NCBI GenBank assembly: GCA_038060895.1
Contig: JBBTCT010000022.1
Coordinates: 229,301-293,300 of the forward strand
DNA length: 64,000 nt
Reading direction: 5' to 3'
DNA from: Planctomycetota bacterium
GTDB taxonomy: Bacteria; Planctomycetota; MHYJ01; WSZJ01
Below are positions 34,332 to 43,785 of the stretch, one piece after another. The notes under the pieces are model-generated. The model did not search any database. It was not told the DNA's origin and saw only the letters and a list, made by a program, of their open reading frames with translations. A program made the position numbers and the translations under genes. The stretch's first letter is position 1; the number at the start of each line of letters is the position of its first letter.

Positions 34332-34598
34332 ATGCCCCTCTACGACTCCGTCCTCCAGCTCATCGGCCGCACGCCGCTTGTCCGCCTCGCGCGCGTCGGC
34401 GCGGGATGCCCGGCGCGCGTCTGCGGCGTCGGAACAGGCGGCACACTGACCGGCGCCGGGCGCTTCCTCAAGGAGCGCAAGCCGGCGCTTCGCGTCGTCC
34501 TGGCCGACCCGGTGGGGTCGACGCTGTCCGGCGGGGCTTCGGGGACCTACTTGCAGGGGCAATCGGCGACCCAAGACCCGAATCCGCATCGTCCTTAA
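34332..34598 (+). pseudogene. cysteine synthase (CysK/CysM, PLP fold-type II) remnant with ~145-codon internal deletion and 3' truncation
   Basis: 'DSVLQLIGRTPLVRLARVG' corresponds to the CysK N-terminus. It is joined directly to 'GVGTGGTLTGAGRFLKERKPALRVVLADPVGS', which matches CysK at about residues 175-215. The PLP lysine region is absent. Confidence 0.75.
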
Positions 34599-34618
34599 CG
34601 AAGAGTCGCTAGAATCCC

Positions 34619-34697
34619 ACCCCCTTCAGGGGGTAGGGGGTAGTAAAGGCCCTGCGTAGCCGGTTTTTCCTACCCACTACCTCCTGCCACTGCCGTC
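34619..34697. repeat. hairpin ACCCCC-TTCA-GGGGGT followed by an imperfect inverted GGTAG-type repeat
   Basis: Read directly. GGTAGGGGGTAGT (34632-34644) faces CCTACCCACTACC (34669-34681). Confidence 0.7.
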
Positions 34698-34717
34698 CCC
34701 GCTTCCAGGAACCCACG

Positions 34718-35677
34718 ATGAGTCCCAAAGACGATTCGGAACGCAATACGTTCCGCCGCATCCACAGCGACCTCGTCGATGATTTCGACGAAGAGCTCGA
34801 GCTGGAATCCGAGGACTACGAGCCCGGGGACATTCCGGCGAAGGGGATTTCCGACGCCGAGCGCGTCCTGCGCCGCCGTTATTTCAAGGAGCTCTTCCGG
34901 CTCCAGTCCGACCTGATCAAGATGCAGGACTGGATCGTGCACAAGGGGCTGAAGCTGGTGATTCTCTTTGAAGGGCGCGACGCGGCCGGCAAGGGAGGGC
35001 TGATCAAGCGGATCACGCAGCGCCTGAACCCGCGCGCCCTTCGCGTCGCGGCCCTGCCGGCGCCGACGGACCGGCAGCGGTCGCAGTGGTACTTCCAGCG
35101 CTACGTGGAACACCTGCCGGCGGCGGGCGAAATGGTGCTCTTCGACCGCAGCTGGTACAACCGCGCCGGCGTGGAAAAAGTGATGGGGTTCTGCACGGCG
35201 GCGGAGCTCGAGGAGTTCTACCGGTCGGTGCCGGAATTCGAAAAGATGCTCGTGCGGTCGGGGATCCAGCTCATCAAGTACTGGTTCTCGATCAGCGACG
35301 AAGAGCAGGAGTTCCGGTTCATGTGCCGGACGATGGACCCGATGAAGCAGTGGAAGCTCTCCAAGATGGACCTCGAGTCGCGCCGGCGGTGGGAGGACTA
35401 CACGAAGGCGAAGGAGATGATGCTCGAGCGCACGCACATCCCGGAGGCGCCCTGGTGGGTGGTGATGGCCAACGACAAGAAGCGCGCGCGGCTGAACTGC
35501 ATCCACCACCTGTTGAGCCAGGTGAAGTTCCAGGAAGTGCCGCACACGCCGCTGACGCTGCCGAAGAGGGAGCACCGGGAGGACTACCACCGGAATCCGG
35601 TGCCGAAGAGCATGATCGTCCCGGACGTTTACGGAGAACCCGGAAGTCCTTCGGGTCAGGCTCCGACGGCCGAATGA
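34718..35677 (+). CDS. ppk2: polyphosphate kinase 2
   Basis: 'LVILFEGRDAAGKGGLIKRI', 'WYFQRY', 'LFDRSWYNRAGVE' and 'IKYWFSISDEEQ'. Confidence 0.9.
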   Translation: MSPKDDSERNTFRRIHSDLVDDFDEELELESEDYEPGDIPAKGISDAERVLRRRYFKELFRLQSDLIKMQDWIVHKGLKLVILFEGRDAAGKGGLIKRITQRLNPRALRVAALPAPTDRQRSQWYFQRYVEHLPAAGEMVLFDRSWYNRAGVEKVMGFCTAAELEEFYRSVPEFEKMLVRSGIQLIKYWFSISDEEQEFRFMCRTMDPMKQWKLSKMDLESRRRWEDYTKAKEMMLERTHIPEAPWWVVMANDKKRARLNCIHHLLSQVKFQEVPHTPLTLPKREHREDYHRNPVPKSMIVPDVYGEPGSPSGQAPTAE

Positions 35678-37527
35678 CTCGCGCTGCCGCTCCCGGAGTT
35701 CTCCTCCTGCTGGCCACCTTCGCCTCCGCCCAGACGACGACGGTCCGCGACGCGGACGGGTTCCGGCAGGCGGTGAGGACGGCGAAGCCGGGCGCGAAGA
35801 TCCTCCTTGCGGCAGGGGAGTACGGCGGAGGTTTTTATTTCGAGAACGTGAAGGGCGAATCCGGGAAGCCTGTGACCATCGCCGCCGCGGACCCCGCGCA
35901 CCCGCCCGAGTTCACCGGCGGCGCTTCCGCGATGCACTTCACGGACGCCTGCCACCTCGAGCTGCGCGACGTCACGGTGAAAGGCTCAACCGCCAACGGC
36001 CTCAACTTCGACGACGGCGGCACGTTCGACACGACGTCGCACCACCTAGTCCTCCGCGGGATCAGGGTCACCGACGTCGGCGCGAGAGGCAACGAGGACG
36101 GACTGAAGATGTCGGGCATCCAGGATTTCCGCGTCGAAGACTGCTCGTTCGAGCGCTGGGGCGCGAACGGATCGGGGATCGACATGGTCGGGTGCGTGCG
36201 GGGCGTGATCGAAAATTGCCGCTTCAGCCACCCGGGAGGCTCCAACGGCGTGCAGATGAAGGGGGCCAGCGCCTCCGTATCGGTCCGCAGGTGCCGCTTC
36301 GAGGACGCCGGCTCGCGCGCGATCAACATCGGCGGCAGCACCGGCCTCCCGTTCTTCCGGCCGCCGCTCAAGGAGCCGCCGTTTGCGGAAGCGCGGGACA
36401 TCACGGTCGAAGGAAACACGTTCACGGGGTCGGACTGCCCGGTGGCGTTCGTCGGCGTGGACGGCGCCGTGGTCCGCTACAACACGATCTACCGCCCGCG
36501 GCGCTGGGCGATGCGCATCCTGCAGGAGACGACGGCGGACGGATTCGTGCCGTGCCGCAACGGCGAGTTCAGCCGGAACATCGTAGTTTTCCGGAGCGAC
36601 GCGTGGTCGGAGGGCGGGGTCAATGCAGGCTCCGGGACGGAGCCGTCGAGCTTCAAGTTCGAGGGAAACGCCTGGTTCTGCCTCGACGCCCCGGCGCGGT
36701 CGAAACCCAAACTGCCGGCGGAAGAGATCAAGGGGTTGTACGGGACCGACCCGATGTTCGAGGATCCTGAGAAGGGTGACTTGCGCGTGAGGGCGGCGAG
36801 CCCCATCCGCGACGCGGGGGCTGAGGCGCTTCAGGACTCGCCGGTCGTCTGGCTCGACGATGCGAAAACGGTGAAGATGGAATTCCGCCGCATCAAGGCC
36901 GGGAAGTTCACGATGGGTGCGAAGGAAGGCGCGGACGAAAAGCGGCTGCCGCATTCGGTGACGCTGACGCGGGATTTCCTGATGCAGACCACAGAGGTGA
37001 CGCAGGCGCAGTTCGAGGCGCTGATGGGGTCGAATCCGTCGAAATCGAAAGGCAAGGACCTGCCCGTGGAGCACGTGACGTGGGATGAGTGCCAGGAATT
37101 CGTCGAGAAGCTGAACGTACGCCTCGCAGGATGGGTCGCAAGCCTTCCGACCGAGGCGGAGTGGGAATACGCCTGTGGCGCGGGGTCTGCCGGGAGATGG
37201 GGCAGCGGGAACGACGCGAAACAGCTCCTCGATTACGCCTGGCTCGAGCCGAACTCGGGCGGCAAGACGCACCCGGTCGCGCAGAAGAAGCCGAACGCCT
37301 GGGGACTCCACGACATGCACGGCAACGCGTGGGAGTGGTGCGCCGACTGGTACGGCCCCTTCCGCGGCGACGAAATCGACCCCAAAGGCCCCGAAACCGG
37401 CGTCGCACGCTGCCTGCGCGGCGGGAGCTGGACCAGCCTCGCTACCCACGCGCGGTCGGCCCACAGCCTGTGGTGCGCGCCGGACTACCGAATGGAAGAA
37501 GCGGGGTTCCGGGTGCTCCTCAAATAG
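35674..37527 (+). CDS. secreted right-handed beta-helix domain fused to FGE-sulfatase (SUMF1) domain
   Basis: The ATG overlaps the ppk2 stop (ATGA). Signal peptide 'LLLLATFASAQ'. The C-terminal domain has 'VTQAQFEALMG', 'VTWDECQEFVEKLN', 'LPTEAEWEYACGAG', 'PNAWGLHDMHGNAWEWCADWY', 'RGGSW' and 'GFRVLLK'. Confidence 0.85.
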   Translation: MTRAAAPGVLLLLATFASAQTTTVRDADGFRQAVRTAKPGAKILLAAGEYGGGFYFENVKGESGKPVTIAAADPAHPPEFTGGASAMHFTDACHLELRDVTVKGSTANGLNFDDGGTFDTTSHHLVLRGIRVTDVGARGNEDGLKMSGIQDFRVEDCSFERWGANGSGIDMVGCVRGVIENCRFSHPGGSNGVQMKGASASVSVRRCRFEDAGSRAINIGGSTGLPFFRPPLKEPPFAEARDITVEGNTFTGSDCPVAFVGVDGAVVRYNTIYRPRRWAMRILQETTADGFVPCRNGEFSRNIVVFRSDAWSEGGVNAGSGTEPSSFKFEGNAWFCLDAPARSKPKLPAEEIKGLYGTDPMFEDPEKGDLRVRAASPIRDAGAEALQDSPVVWLDDAKTVKMEFRRIKAGKFTMGAKEGADEKRLPHSVTLTRDFLMQTTEVTQAQFEALMGSNPSKSKGKDLPVEHVTWDECQEFVEKLNVRLAGWVASLPTEAEWEYACGAGSAGRWGSGNDAKQLLDYAWLEPNSGGKTHPVAQKKPNAWGLHDMHGNAWEWCADWYGPFRGDEIDPKGPETGVARCLRGGSWTSLATHARSAHSLWCAPDYRMEEAGFRVLLK

Positions 37528-37826
37528 ACATCATTTCTCCGGTGACCACTCCACCGGCGTTTTCACCGCTTCCTTGATCGCGTCCCACTCCTTCGGCGTC
37601 ATGTTCATGCGCTCGGCGCGGCTTGTCGTTTCGCGAATTTGGCAAAGCCGTCCGCCGGCATGATCGAGTTAGACGGAGTGCATCCCGATGAAGAGATCCT
37701 CGCCCAGGCCGCGCTCGCCGGCGAAGGCAAGGGTGCGTGCCTTGAAGGCGCGCTCAAGTTCCTTGGCGGAAAATGAACCGGGCATGACGTCCCGCAGCGA
37801 ATGAGCCGTGCTACGATCCGCCCGCG

Positions 37827-38663
37827 ATGACCATGCTGCGCGTCATGACGTACAACATCCTCGAGGGCGCGAACGACCGCCTCGACGTGGTCGCCTCGGT
37901 CGTGCGCGCGGCGGACCCGGACGTGCTCGGCGTCACCGAGGCGAACGGGTTCGAGGACCCGAAGCGGCTGAAGGAAGTCGAGAAGGCGTTCGGGATGAAG
38001 GGTGTCGTGGGGCATGCGAAGAGCGGTTTCCACGTCGCAATTTTCACGAAGCCGGCGTGGACCGTCGAGGCCAGCGGGTCCGAGTTCTACCCGTTTTTTC
38101 ACGCGGCGCTCTGGGCGAAGCTGCGGTTCGACAAGGACCGCCACTTCACCGCCGTCGTCGCCCACCTCAATCCGTTCAGCCCGGATGAGCGCCTCGCGGA
38201 AGTCCGGGCCCTGTGCCGTCACGCGGCGCCCAAGGAGCGCGCCGTCCTGATGGGAGACTTCAACTGCATGGCTCCCGGAGACGAGATCGACCAGAGCGTC
38301 CTCGAACTCCCGCGCAACATCCTGGCGCGCTTCATCAAGGAGGCCGGCGACCCCGTCGAGTTCGACCGCCGCGAGATCGCGCTCGCCGAGTGGGCGGGGT
38401 TCGTGGACGTTTACCGGAAAATGGTCCCGAAGAAACCGGGGTGGACGCTCATGACGACGCGGTTCGGCGCGGCGCTCCGGTCGCGAATGCGCATCGACTA
38501 CATGCTGGCGACTCCGGGGATGTCGAAGCGCGCGACTTCGTCGGAGGTCATCGAGACGAACGAGTCGCGGCGCGCGAGCGACCACTACCCGCTGATGGCG
38601 ACGTTCGACATGCGCGGGATGGGGACGGGGAAGTCGGAAAAGTGGATACCGCTTGAAAAGTAG
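37827..38663 (+). CDS. endonuclease/exonuclease/phosphatase (EEP) family protein
   Basis: 'LRVMTYNILEG', 'LMGDFN' and 'ASDHYPLMATF'. Confidence 0.85.
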   Translation: MTMLRVMTYNILEGANDRLDVVASVVRAADPDVLGVTEANGFEDPKRLKEVEKAFGMKGVVGHAKSGFHVAIFTKPAWTVEASGSEFYPFFHAALWAKLRFDKDRHFTAVVAHLNPFSPDERLAEVRALCRHAAPKERAVLMGDFNCMAPGDEIDQSVLELPRNILARFIKEAGDPVEFDRREIALAEWAGFVDVYRKMVPKKPGWTLMTTRFGAALRSRMRIDYMLATPGMSKRATSSEVIETNESRRASDHYPLMATFDMRGMGTGKSEKWIPLEK

Positions 38664-38696
38664 AGGCTTGCCATCCTGGAGGAAAGGCGGTAGCCC

Positions 38697-40808
38697 ATGA
38701 GACTTCATGGAACATTCACGGCGCTCGCGCTCATCGCCTTCGTCGCCGGCTGCGGGGGAAGCGCCGACCATGCCGACCCGGGGGAAACGGACTTGAGCGC
38801 GGACCCGCATCTCTGGCTTGAAGACGTCTACGGCGAGAAAGCGCTCGATTGGGTGCGCGCGCAGAACGCCGTGAGCCAGAAGGAGCTCGAGGCGCTGCCG
38901 GAATTCGAGCCGACGCGGAAGCGGCTTCTGGCGATCTACGATTCGCGGGAGCGGATTCCGCACGTGGGGAAGCGGGGGAAGTGGTTCTACAACTTCTGGC
39001 GCGATGCGAAGAACGTGCGCGGCGTGTGGCGGCGGACGACGCTGGACGAGTACCGCAAGGCGGCGCCGGCGTGGGAGACGGTGATCGACGTCGACCAGCT
39101 CGCGGCCGCGGAGAACGAGAATTGGGTCTGGCAGGGGACGCACTTCCTCGAGCCGGGTTGGGAGCGCTGCATGGTCCAGCTCTCGCGCGGCGGGCTGGAC
39201 GCGAGCGTGTGGCGCGAGTTTGACGTCGTGAAGAAGGAATTCGTGGCTGGCGGGTTCGCGGTGCCGGAGGCGAAGAGCTGGGTCGCGTGGCGCGACATCG
39301 ACACGATCTACGTCGGGACCGATTTCGGCCCGGGGTCAATGACGACATCCGGGTACACGCGCATCGGCAAGGAGTGGAAGCGCGGGACGCCGCTGGCGGA
39401 GGCGCGGACGGTCTTTGAGGGGACGGTGGACGACGTCAACGCGGACATCACGGTCATCCACGATCACGGCCGCACGTACGAGCTGGCGTCGCGCTCGCCG
39501 ACGTTTTTCACGGACGAGATGTTCGTGCGCCGGGGGGACGAGTTCGTGCGCATCGAGAAGCCGGCTGACACCCGACTCCGCTTCTTCGGCGACGCGGCGC
39601 TGTTCGAGCCGCGCACGGACTGGACCGTCGGCGGGAAGACGTGGCCCGCCGGCACGCTCCTTTCGACGGACTTCGACTCCTGGATGAGGGGCGAACGCAA
39701 CCTCGTCCCCGTCTTCGAGCCCACGGCGCGCGCTTCGCTGAGCAGCATCCATTCGACGAAGAGCTGCCTGATCCTGAACATCCTCGAGAATGTCCGCAGC
39801 CGCCCCGTTCTTCTGCACCTTGAAAAGGGAGCCTGGAAACGCACGCCCCTCGAGGTGCCGGAGATCGGCGTCGTGGGCGCGCACGGCGTTGACCCGGACG
39901 AGAACGACGACTACTTCCTGGACGTGACCAGCTTCCTCACGCCGTCCAGCCTGTGGATGGGGACCGTCGGGAAACCGGGGCGCGAAAAGTTGAAGAGTCT
40001 CCCGGAGTATTTCGAGGCCGACGGTCTCGAGATCCAGCAGTTCGAGGTCAAGTCGAAGGACGGCACGCGCGTCCCGTACTTCCAGGTCAGCCGCAAGGGC
40101 CTCGCGCTCGACGGCTCGAATCCCACCCTTCTCTACGGCTACGGCGGCTTCGAAATCTCCATGCTCCCTTCCTACAACTCCGGCCTCGGAGCCTCCTGGC
40201 TCGAGCGCGGCGGCGTCTACGTCCTTTCCAACATCCGCGGCGGCGGCGAGTTCGGCCCCGCGTGGCACAACGCCGTGCGAAAGGAGAACCGGCAGCTCGC
40301 CTACGACGACTTCATCGCGATCGCCGAGGACCTCATCGCGCGCAAGGTCTCATCCCCGCGCCACCTCGGCATCTCAGGCCGCTCGAACGGCGGCCTCCTC
40401 ATGGGCGCCATTCTCACCCAGCGCCCGGAACTCTTCCGCGCCGTCGTCTGCGGGAATCCGCTTCTCGACATGAAGCGTTACCACAAGCTGCTGGCCGGCG
40501 CGAGCTGGATGGACGAGTACGGCGACCCCGACAAGCCGGAGGAGTGGGCGTACATTTCGAAGTTCTCGCCGTACCAGAACCTGCGCAAGGAGCGGACGTA
40601 CCCGCGCGTGCTGTTCACGACGTCGACGAGGGACGACCGCGTCCACCCCGGCCACGCGAGGAAGATGTTCGCGCGCATGCAGGAGCAGGGCCATGACGCC
40701 CTCTACTACGAGAACATCGAGGGAGGGCACGGGTCGGCGGCGAACAACAAGCAGTCGGCCTTCATGGAAGCGCTGGCGTATGCGTTCCTGTGGAAGGAGC
40801 TGAAGTGA
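38697..40808 (+). CDS. prolyl oligopeptidase (S9A) family serine peptidase, lipoprotein
   Basis: Lipobox 'FVAGCGG'. Nucleophile elbow 'GISGRSNGGLLMG'. Also 'TSTRDDRVHPGHARKM' and 'IEGGHGS'. Confidence 0.9.
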   Translation: MRLHGTFTALALIAFVAGCGGSADHADPGETDLSADPHLWLEDVYGEKALDWVRAQNAVSQKELEALPEFEPTRKRLLAIYDSRERIPHVGKRGKWFYNFWRDAKNVRGVWRRTTLDEYRKAAPAWETVIDVDQLAAAENENWVWQGTHFLEPGWERCMVQLSRGGLDASVWREFDVVKKEFVAGGFAVPEAKSWVAWRDIDTIYVGTDFGPGSMTTSGYTRIGKEWKRGTPLAEARTVFEGTVDDVNADITVIHDHGRTYELASRSPTFFTDEMFVRRGDEFVRIEKPADTRLRFFGDAALFEPRTDWTVGGKTWPAGTLLSTDFDSWMRGERNLVPVFEPTARASLSSIHSTKSCLILNILENVRSRPVLLHLEKGAWKRTPLEVPEIGVVGAHGVDPDENDDYFLDVTSFLTPSSLWMGTVGKPGREKLKSLPEYFEADGLEIQQFEVKSKDGTRVPYFQVSRKGLALDGSNPTLLYGYGGFEISMLPSYNSGLGASWLERGGVYVLSNIRGGGEFGPAWHNAVRKENRQLAYDDFIAIAEDLIARKVSSPRHLGISGRSNGGLLMGAILTQRPELFRAVVCGNPLLDMKRYHKLLAGASWMDEYGDPDKPEEWAYISKFSPYQNLRKERTYPRVLFTTSTRDDRVHPGHARKMFARMQEQGHDALYYENIEGGHGSAANNKQSAFMEALAYAFLWKELK

Positions 40809-40827
40809 ATCGAGGCTGGTTGCAGCA

Positions 40828-41241
40828 GTGAGCACGAAGCCACAATTTCCATGTCCGTGTTGTGGATACGTCGTGTTTTTCGAGCGTCCGGGTAACTACG
40901 AAATTTGCCCGATCTGTTTCTGGGAAGACGACCTCGTTCAACTTCGTGACCCGCGGTTTCCAGGGGGCGCCAACAAATCCAGCCTGGTGGATGCGCAGCA
41001 GAACTGCATTTTGGAAGGTGCCATGGAATCCCGATTCAAGGGGAATGTCCGCAAGCCGCGACCTACCGACGAACAGGATCCGCATTGGCGGCCGGTCAAC
41101 CTCGAGAAGGACAACCTGGAGCAGTGCCTGCCTGAAGGGGTCTTCCCTGCCCGAGCTTCCGATTCGCCGGCGCGAGATTTCAGGTGTTCGACTGCCCCCG
41201 CCGCGGCATCATGCCTGCAACCTCTCAGCCGGAGAATTGCC
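40828..41241 (+). CDS. CPCC-family cysteine-rich protein; no in-frame stop before the next gene
   Basis: 'FPCPCCGYVVFFERPGNYEICPICFWEDD'. The ORF reads straight on into the signal peptide of the next gene (the track shows one 377-aa ORF). Confidence 0.5.
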
Positions 41242-41961
41242 ATGCGCGTTTGCCTCGTTCTCGCCTTCGTCGGCATCGCCGCTTCCCTCGCTGCCGCCCA
41301 GGACTCGAAGCCCGACGTCTCCGAAAACGCCTGGCTCGACTACGACGTCGCTTCGCTCAAGAACGGCGAGTGGGTGAAACTGAAACTCGACCGCGACGGG
41401 GAGAAGCCTCTGGAGTACCGGCTGTCGTGCGTGGGGCTGGAAGCGGAGGTGGTCTGGATCGAGGAGGACCGGACGACGGTGGAGTCGTTCCCGGGGACGG
41501 TGATCCTGTGCTCGGTGGGGTTGAAGGACCGGAAGGTGAAGCGCGCGTTCTGGGGGAAGCCGGGTGAGAAGGGCCGGGAGCTGAACCTGACGCGGCGGAT
41601 TTTGCCGGATCCGGGCAACGACGCGGCGAAGGGGACTGCGGAAGTGACCGCGGGCAAGGTGACGATCAAGGGAAAGGAGCACGTCACCGAGAAAATCGAA
41701 ATCAAGGTGGAGATCGAGGGGTTCGGCGCGCCGATCAAGACGAAGCAGGTGATCGTCCTTGCAGCCGAGATCCCATTCCCGCTGGCGATGGACGAGAAGG
41801 GCAACTGCCGCGCGAGCATTTCGGAGGGGAAGATCGAATGGAAGGGGAAGCCGACGTGGAAGGGCGGGGTGGTGACGCTTCAATTTGAGGGCGGAACGAA
41901 GTCGACGCTGTCGCTTGTGGACTGGGGGGCGGACGCGAAGGCGACGTTGTTCAAGCCCTAG
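41242..41961 (+). CDS. secreted hypothetical protein
   Basis: Internal start 'MRVCLVLAFVGIAASLAAAQ' is a signal peptide. The body is Lys/Glu/Val-rich and beta-type. Confidence 0.6.
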   Translation: MRVCLVLAFVGIAASLAAAQDSKPDVSENAWLDYDVASLKNGEWVKLKLDRDGEKPLEYRLSCVGLEAEVVWIEEDRTTVESFPGTVILCSVGLKDRKVKRAFWGKPGEKGRELNLTRRILPDPGNDAAKGTAEVTAGKVTIKGKEHVTEKIEIKVEIEGFGAPIKTKQVIVLAAEIPFPLAMDEKGNCRASISEGKIEWKGKPTWKGGVVTLQFEGGTKSTLSLVDWGADAKATLFKP

Positions 41962-42785
41962 CGCCCGAGCCTCTCGGAAGCATCCCACTCTTCTTCATTT
42001 TCCAGACCTGTCCTGTAGTCCGGATTCTCGACGAAGTGGCCGAGGTCCTGGTCCCAGAAGAACACCTTCCGGCAGGGGAACTCGGAAACCGGATCCCGGC
42101 GGATGATGCCTTCCTCACCTTCAATTGTGTCACCGTCGTCTTCTCCCTTGTCGACGACGGTTCCCGTGAGATCGAGGTCGTCGTACCCGTCGAGGTCGAT
42201 GTCGCGATAGCAGGGAGACAGCAGGCCCCCCTTGTAGGTGTACCGGTCGTCATGGTCGTCCACGGCGCGCGTCTCGAGGAGCAGCACCAGCTTCCGGCCG
42301 CGCAACTCGTACAGGTACAAGCCTCCGTTGCCCATGTGCGTCTGGCCGAAAACCTCGAACACCGGATTGGGGATTCCGTGCAGCGCCAGGGCCCGCATCT
42401 CCCGGACCGATTGCTCCCCGGGCTGGTTTTCGCACTCCGCCTGCCAGACAATGGCATCCTCCTCAACCCCGTACACCGTCATGAATCCCCACCACTGGCC
42501 TTCGTAGTCGCAAATGGCGCCGAGCAGATCGGGGTGCCCGGCGACCGGGACTGAAGTGATCGCGCGGAGTTCGGCCGACTCGTGTTTCAGGTTCCATGCG
42601 GCGATCGCGGCGTTGAAGCGGCCTGAATCGTCTCCCTCAGGGTCCTCCAGGCGGGGAGAGATTCCGGCCTCATCGGCGGATTTGCGCGACGAGAGCCGCC
42701 GGCATCCGGCGAGCAGAAGAGCGATCGCGACTGAGATCGTAAGGACTCTGATGGGGCACCTCGGGCTGTGAGCGACGCGCGGCAC
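41958..42785 (-). CDS. lipoprotein, hypothetical
   Basis: Lipobox 'IALLLAGCRR'. Acidic 'DIDLDGYDDLDLTG' segment. Confidence 0.7.
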   Translation of the reverse strand: MPRVAHSPRCPIRVLTISVAIALLLAGCRRLSSRKSADEAGISPRLEDPEGDDSGRFNAAIAAWNLKHESAELRAITSVPVAGHPDLLGAICDYEGQWWGFMTVYGVEEDAIVWQAECENQPGEQSVREMRALALHGIPNPVFEVFGQTHMGNGGLYLYELRGRKLVLLLETRAVDDHDDRYTYKGGLLSPCYRDIDLDGYDDLDLTGTVVDKGEDDGDTIEGEEGIIRRDPVSEFPCRKVFFWDQDLGHFVENPDYRTGLENEEEWDASERLGR

Positions 42786-42817
42786 TGCTATCGGCGCGCC
42801 GCCGACCCGGGCCGCAC

Positions 42818-43285
42818 TTACTCTTTACCGCCGCAGCACTTCTTGTACTTCTTGCCGCTCCCGCAAGGGCACGGATCGTTGCGGCCGAGAGGCGCGCCCG
42901 CATTCTTGAAAGGCGTTCCCTCGGGTTTCGCCTGCTTTTCGAACGCCGCGGTGAGCGCGCCGGCGTAGGTGGCGAGCTGGCGGCCGCCGTAGAGGCGACC
43001 CTCGGATTCCAGGAATTCGAGGAAGGCGCCGACGAGGTGGGGGACGGAGGCGCGCGCTTCGGGTGGAAGGGCAAGCCGGGCGAGGCCGGTGAGGAGGCCG
43101 TTTCTGACGGAGAGTTCGTCGAGATCGCCGGGAGAAACGGAGGCGCACGCCGTTTCCATGAAGGCCATGAGGAGCGGGGCGGCGTCCAGATCGGGGCGTG
43201 CGCGGAAGGGGCGGAAGGGAGTGGACTCGAGGAAGTCAGCGATCCAGGCTTCGACGCTGTCGCGTTCGAACGTTTCCATGGGCAA
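42818..43285 (-). CDS. SEC-C motif protein
   Basis: C-terminal '[18 protein letters not shown]'. Confidence 0.8.
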   Translation of the reverse strand: MPMETFERDSVEAWIADFLESTPFRPFRARPDLDAAPLLMAFMETACASVSPGDLDELSVRNGLLTGLARLALPPEARASVPHLVGAFLEFLESEGRLYGGRQLATYAGALTAAFEKQAKPEGTPFKNAGAPLGRNDPCPCGSGKKYKKCCGGKE

Positions 43286-43426
43286 AGCATCGTACGCGCG
43301 GGGCTGCTGTCGCGCGAGTGGCAGGGGGAATAGTCGCCGGAACGCTCAGCCGAGATCGTATAAAATAAGTACTCTGCGCTGCTTAATGATATGCGTGGCT
43401 GGAGTCTGACGCACAGCGAATTTCAA

Positions 43427-43447
43427 CGGGATTATGCACTTGACAAA
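43427..43447. repeat. left terminal inverted repeat CGGGATTATGCACTTGACAAA
   Basis: Exact reverse complement of 45542-45562. Confidence 0.95.
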
Positions 43448-43522
43448 CTTAAAATCCATGAACGAAACTCGTACAGGCATCATGGTTTGCGTCGATTATG
43501 GCCCCGCGATTAAACGAATAAG

Positions 43523-43557
43523 AAAATCGCCAGAGTCCCGTTTCAGGACGCGATTTT
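43523..43557 (-). terminator. intrinsic-terminator-like hairpin after the 42-aa ORF
   Basis: AAAATCGC...GCGATTTT, with inner GTCC/GGAC pairing. On the minus strand it is followed by TTTTCTTATT. Confidence 0.5.
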
Positions 43558-43573
43558 GGCCCGCGACGAGGAT

Positions 43574-43702
43574 TCAGGACTTACGGCGAGGTTTCCCGGC
43601 CTTCTTAGCCCGCTTCAGGGGGGGTGTAGCGAGGGCCTTCCGGATCATGGCGTCGAAGTCCACGCGGGTCACTTCTCGGTGGCTCTCTGGCTTGGGTTTC
43701 AT
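43574..43702 (-). CDS. small basic protein (42 aa), IS cargo
   Basis: 'MKPKPESHREVTRVDFDAMIRKALATPPLKRAKKAGKPRRKS'. SD AAGGAG lies 8 nt upstream and a terminator hairpin lies downstream. The ORF is below the track's size cutoff. Confidence 0.45.
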   Translation of the reverse strand: MKPKPESHREVTRVDFDAMIRKALATPPLKRAKKAGKPRRKS

Positions 43703-43749
43703 CTATCTATCTCCTTGGGGGTTATCAGGCTGATTCCCCTAGAAAGTAT

Positions 43750-43778
43750 TTGACAGCGTCTGCGGCGCAGCTTAGGAT
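43750..43778 (+). promoter_or_regulatory. sigma-70-like promoter TTGACA-N17-TAGGAT
   Basis: -35 at 43750-43755, -10 at 43773-43778. ATG 43786 starts 7 nt after the -10, a leaderless geometry. Confidence 0.5.
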
Positions 43779-43785
43779 TTCCCAG

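Noticed and set aside
43434-43733. 99-aa plus-strand ORF starting inside the left IR of the IS element.
   Set aside because: It has no SD and a poor composition ('RFRTRFWPATRIQDLRRGF'). It runs antisense across the better-supported 42-aa ORF and its terminator. The left-IR TTGACA is not followed by a -10 box at a usable spacing.
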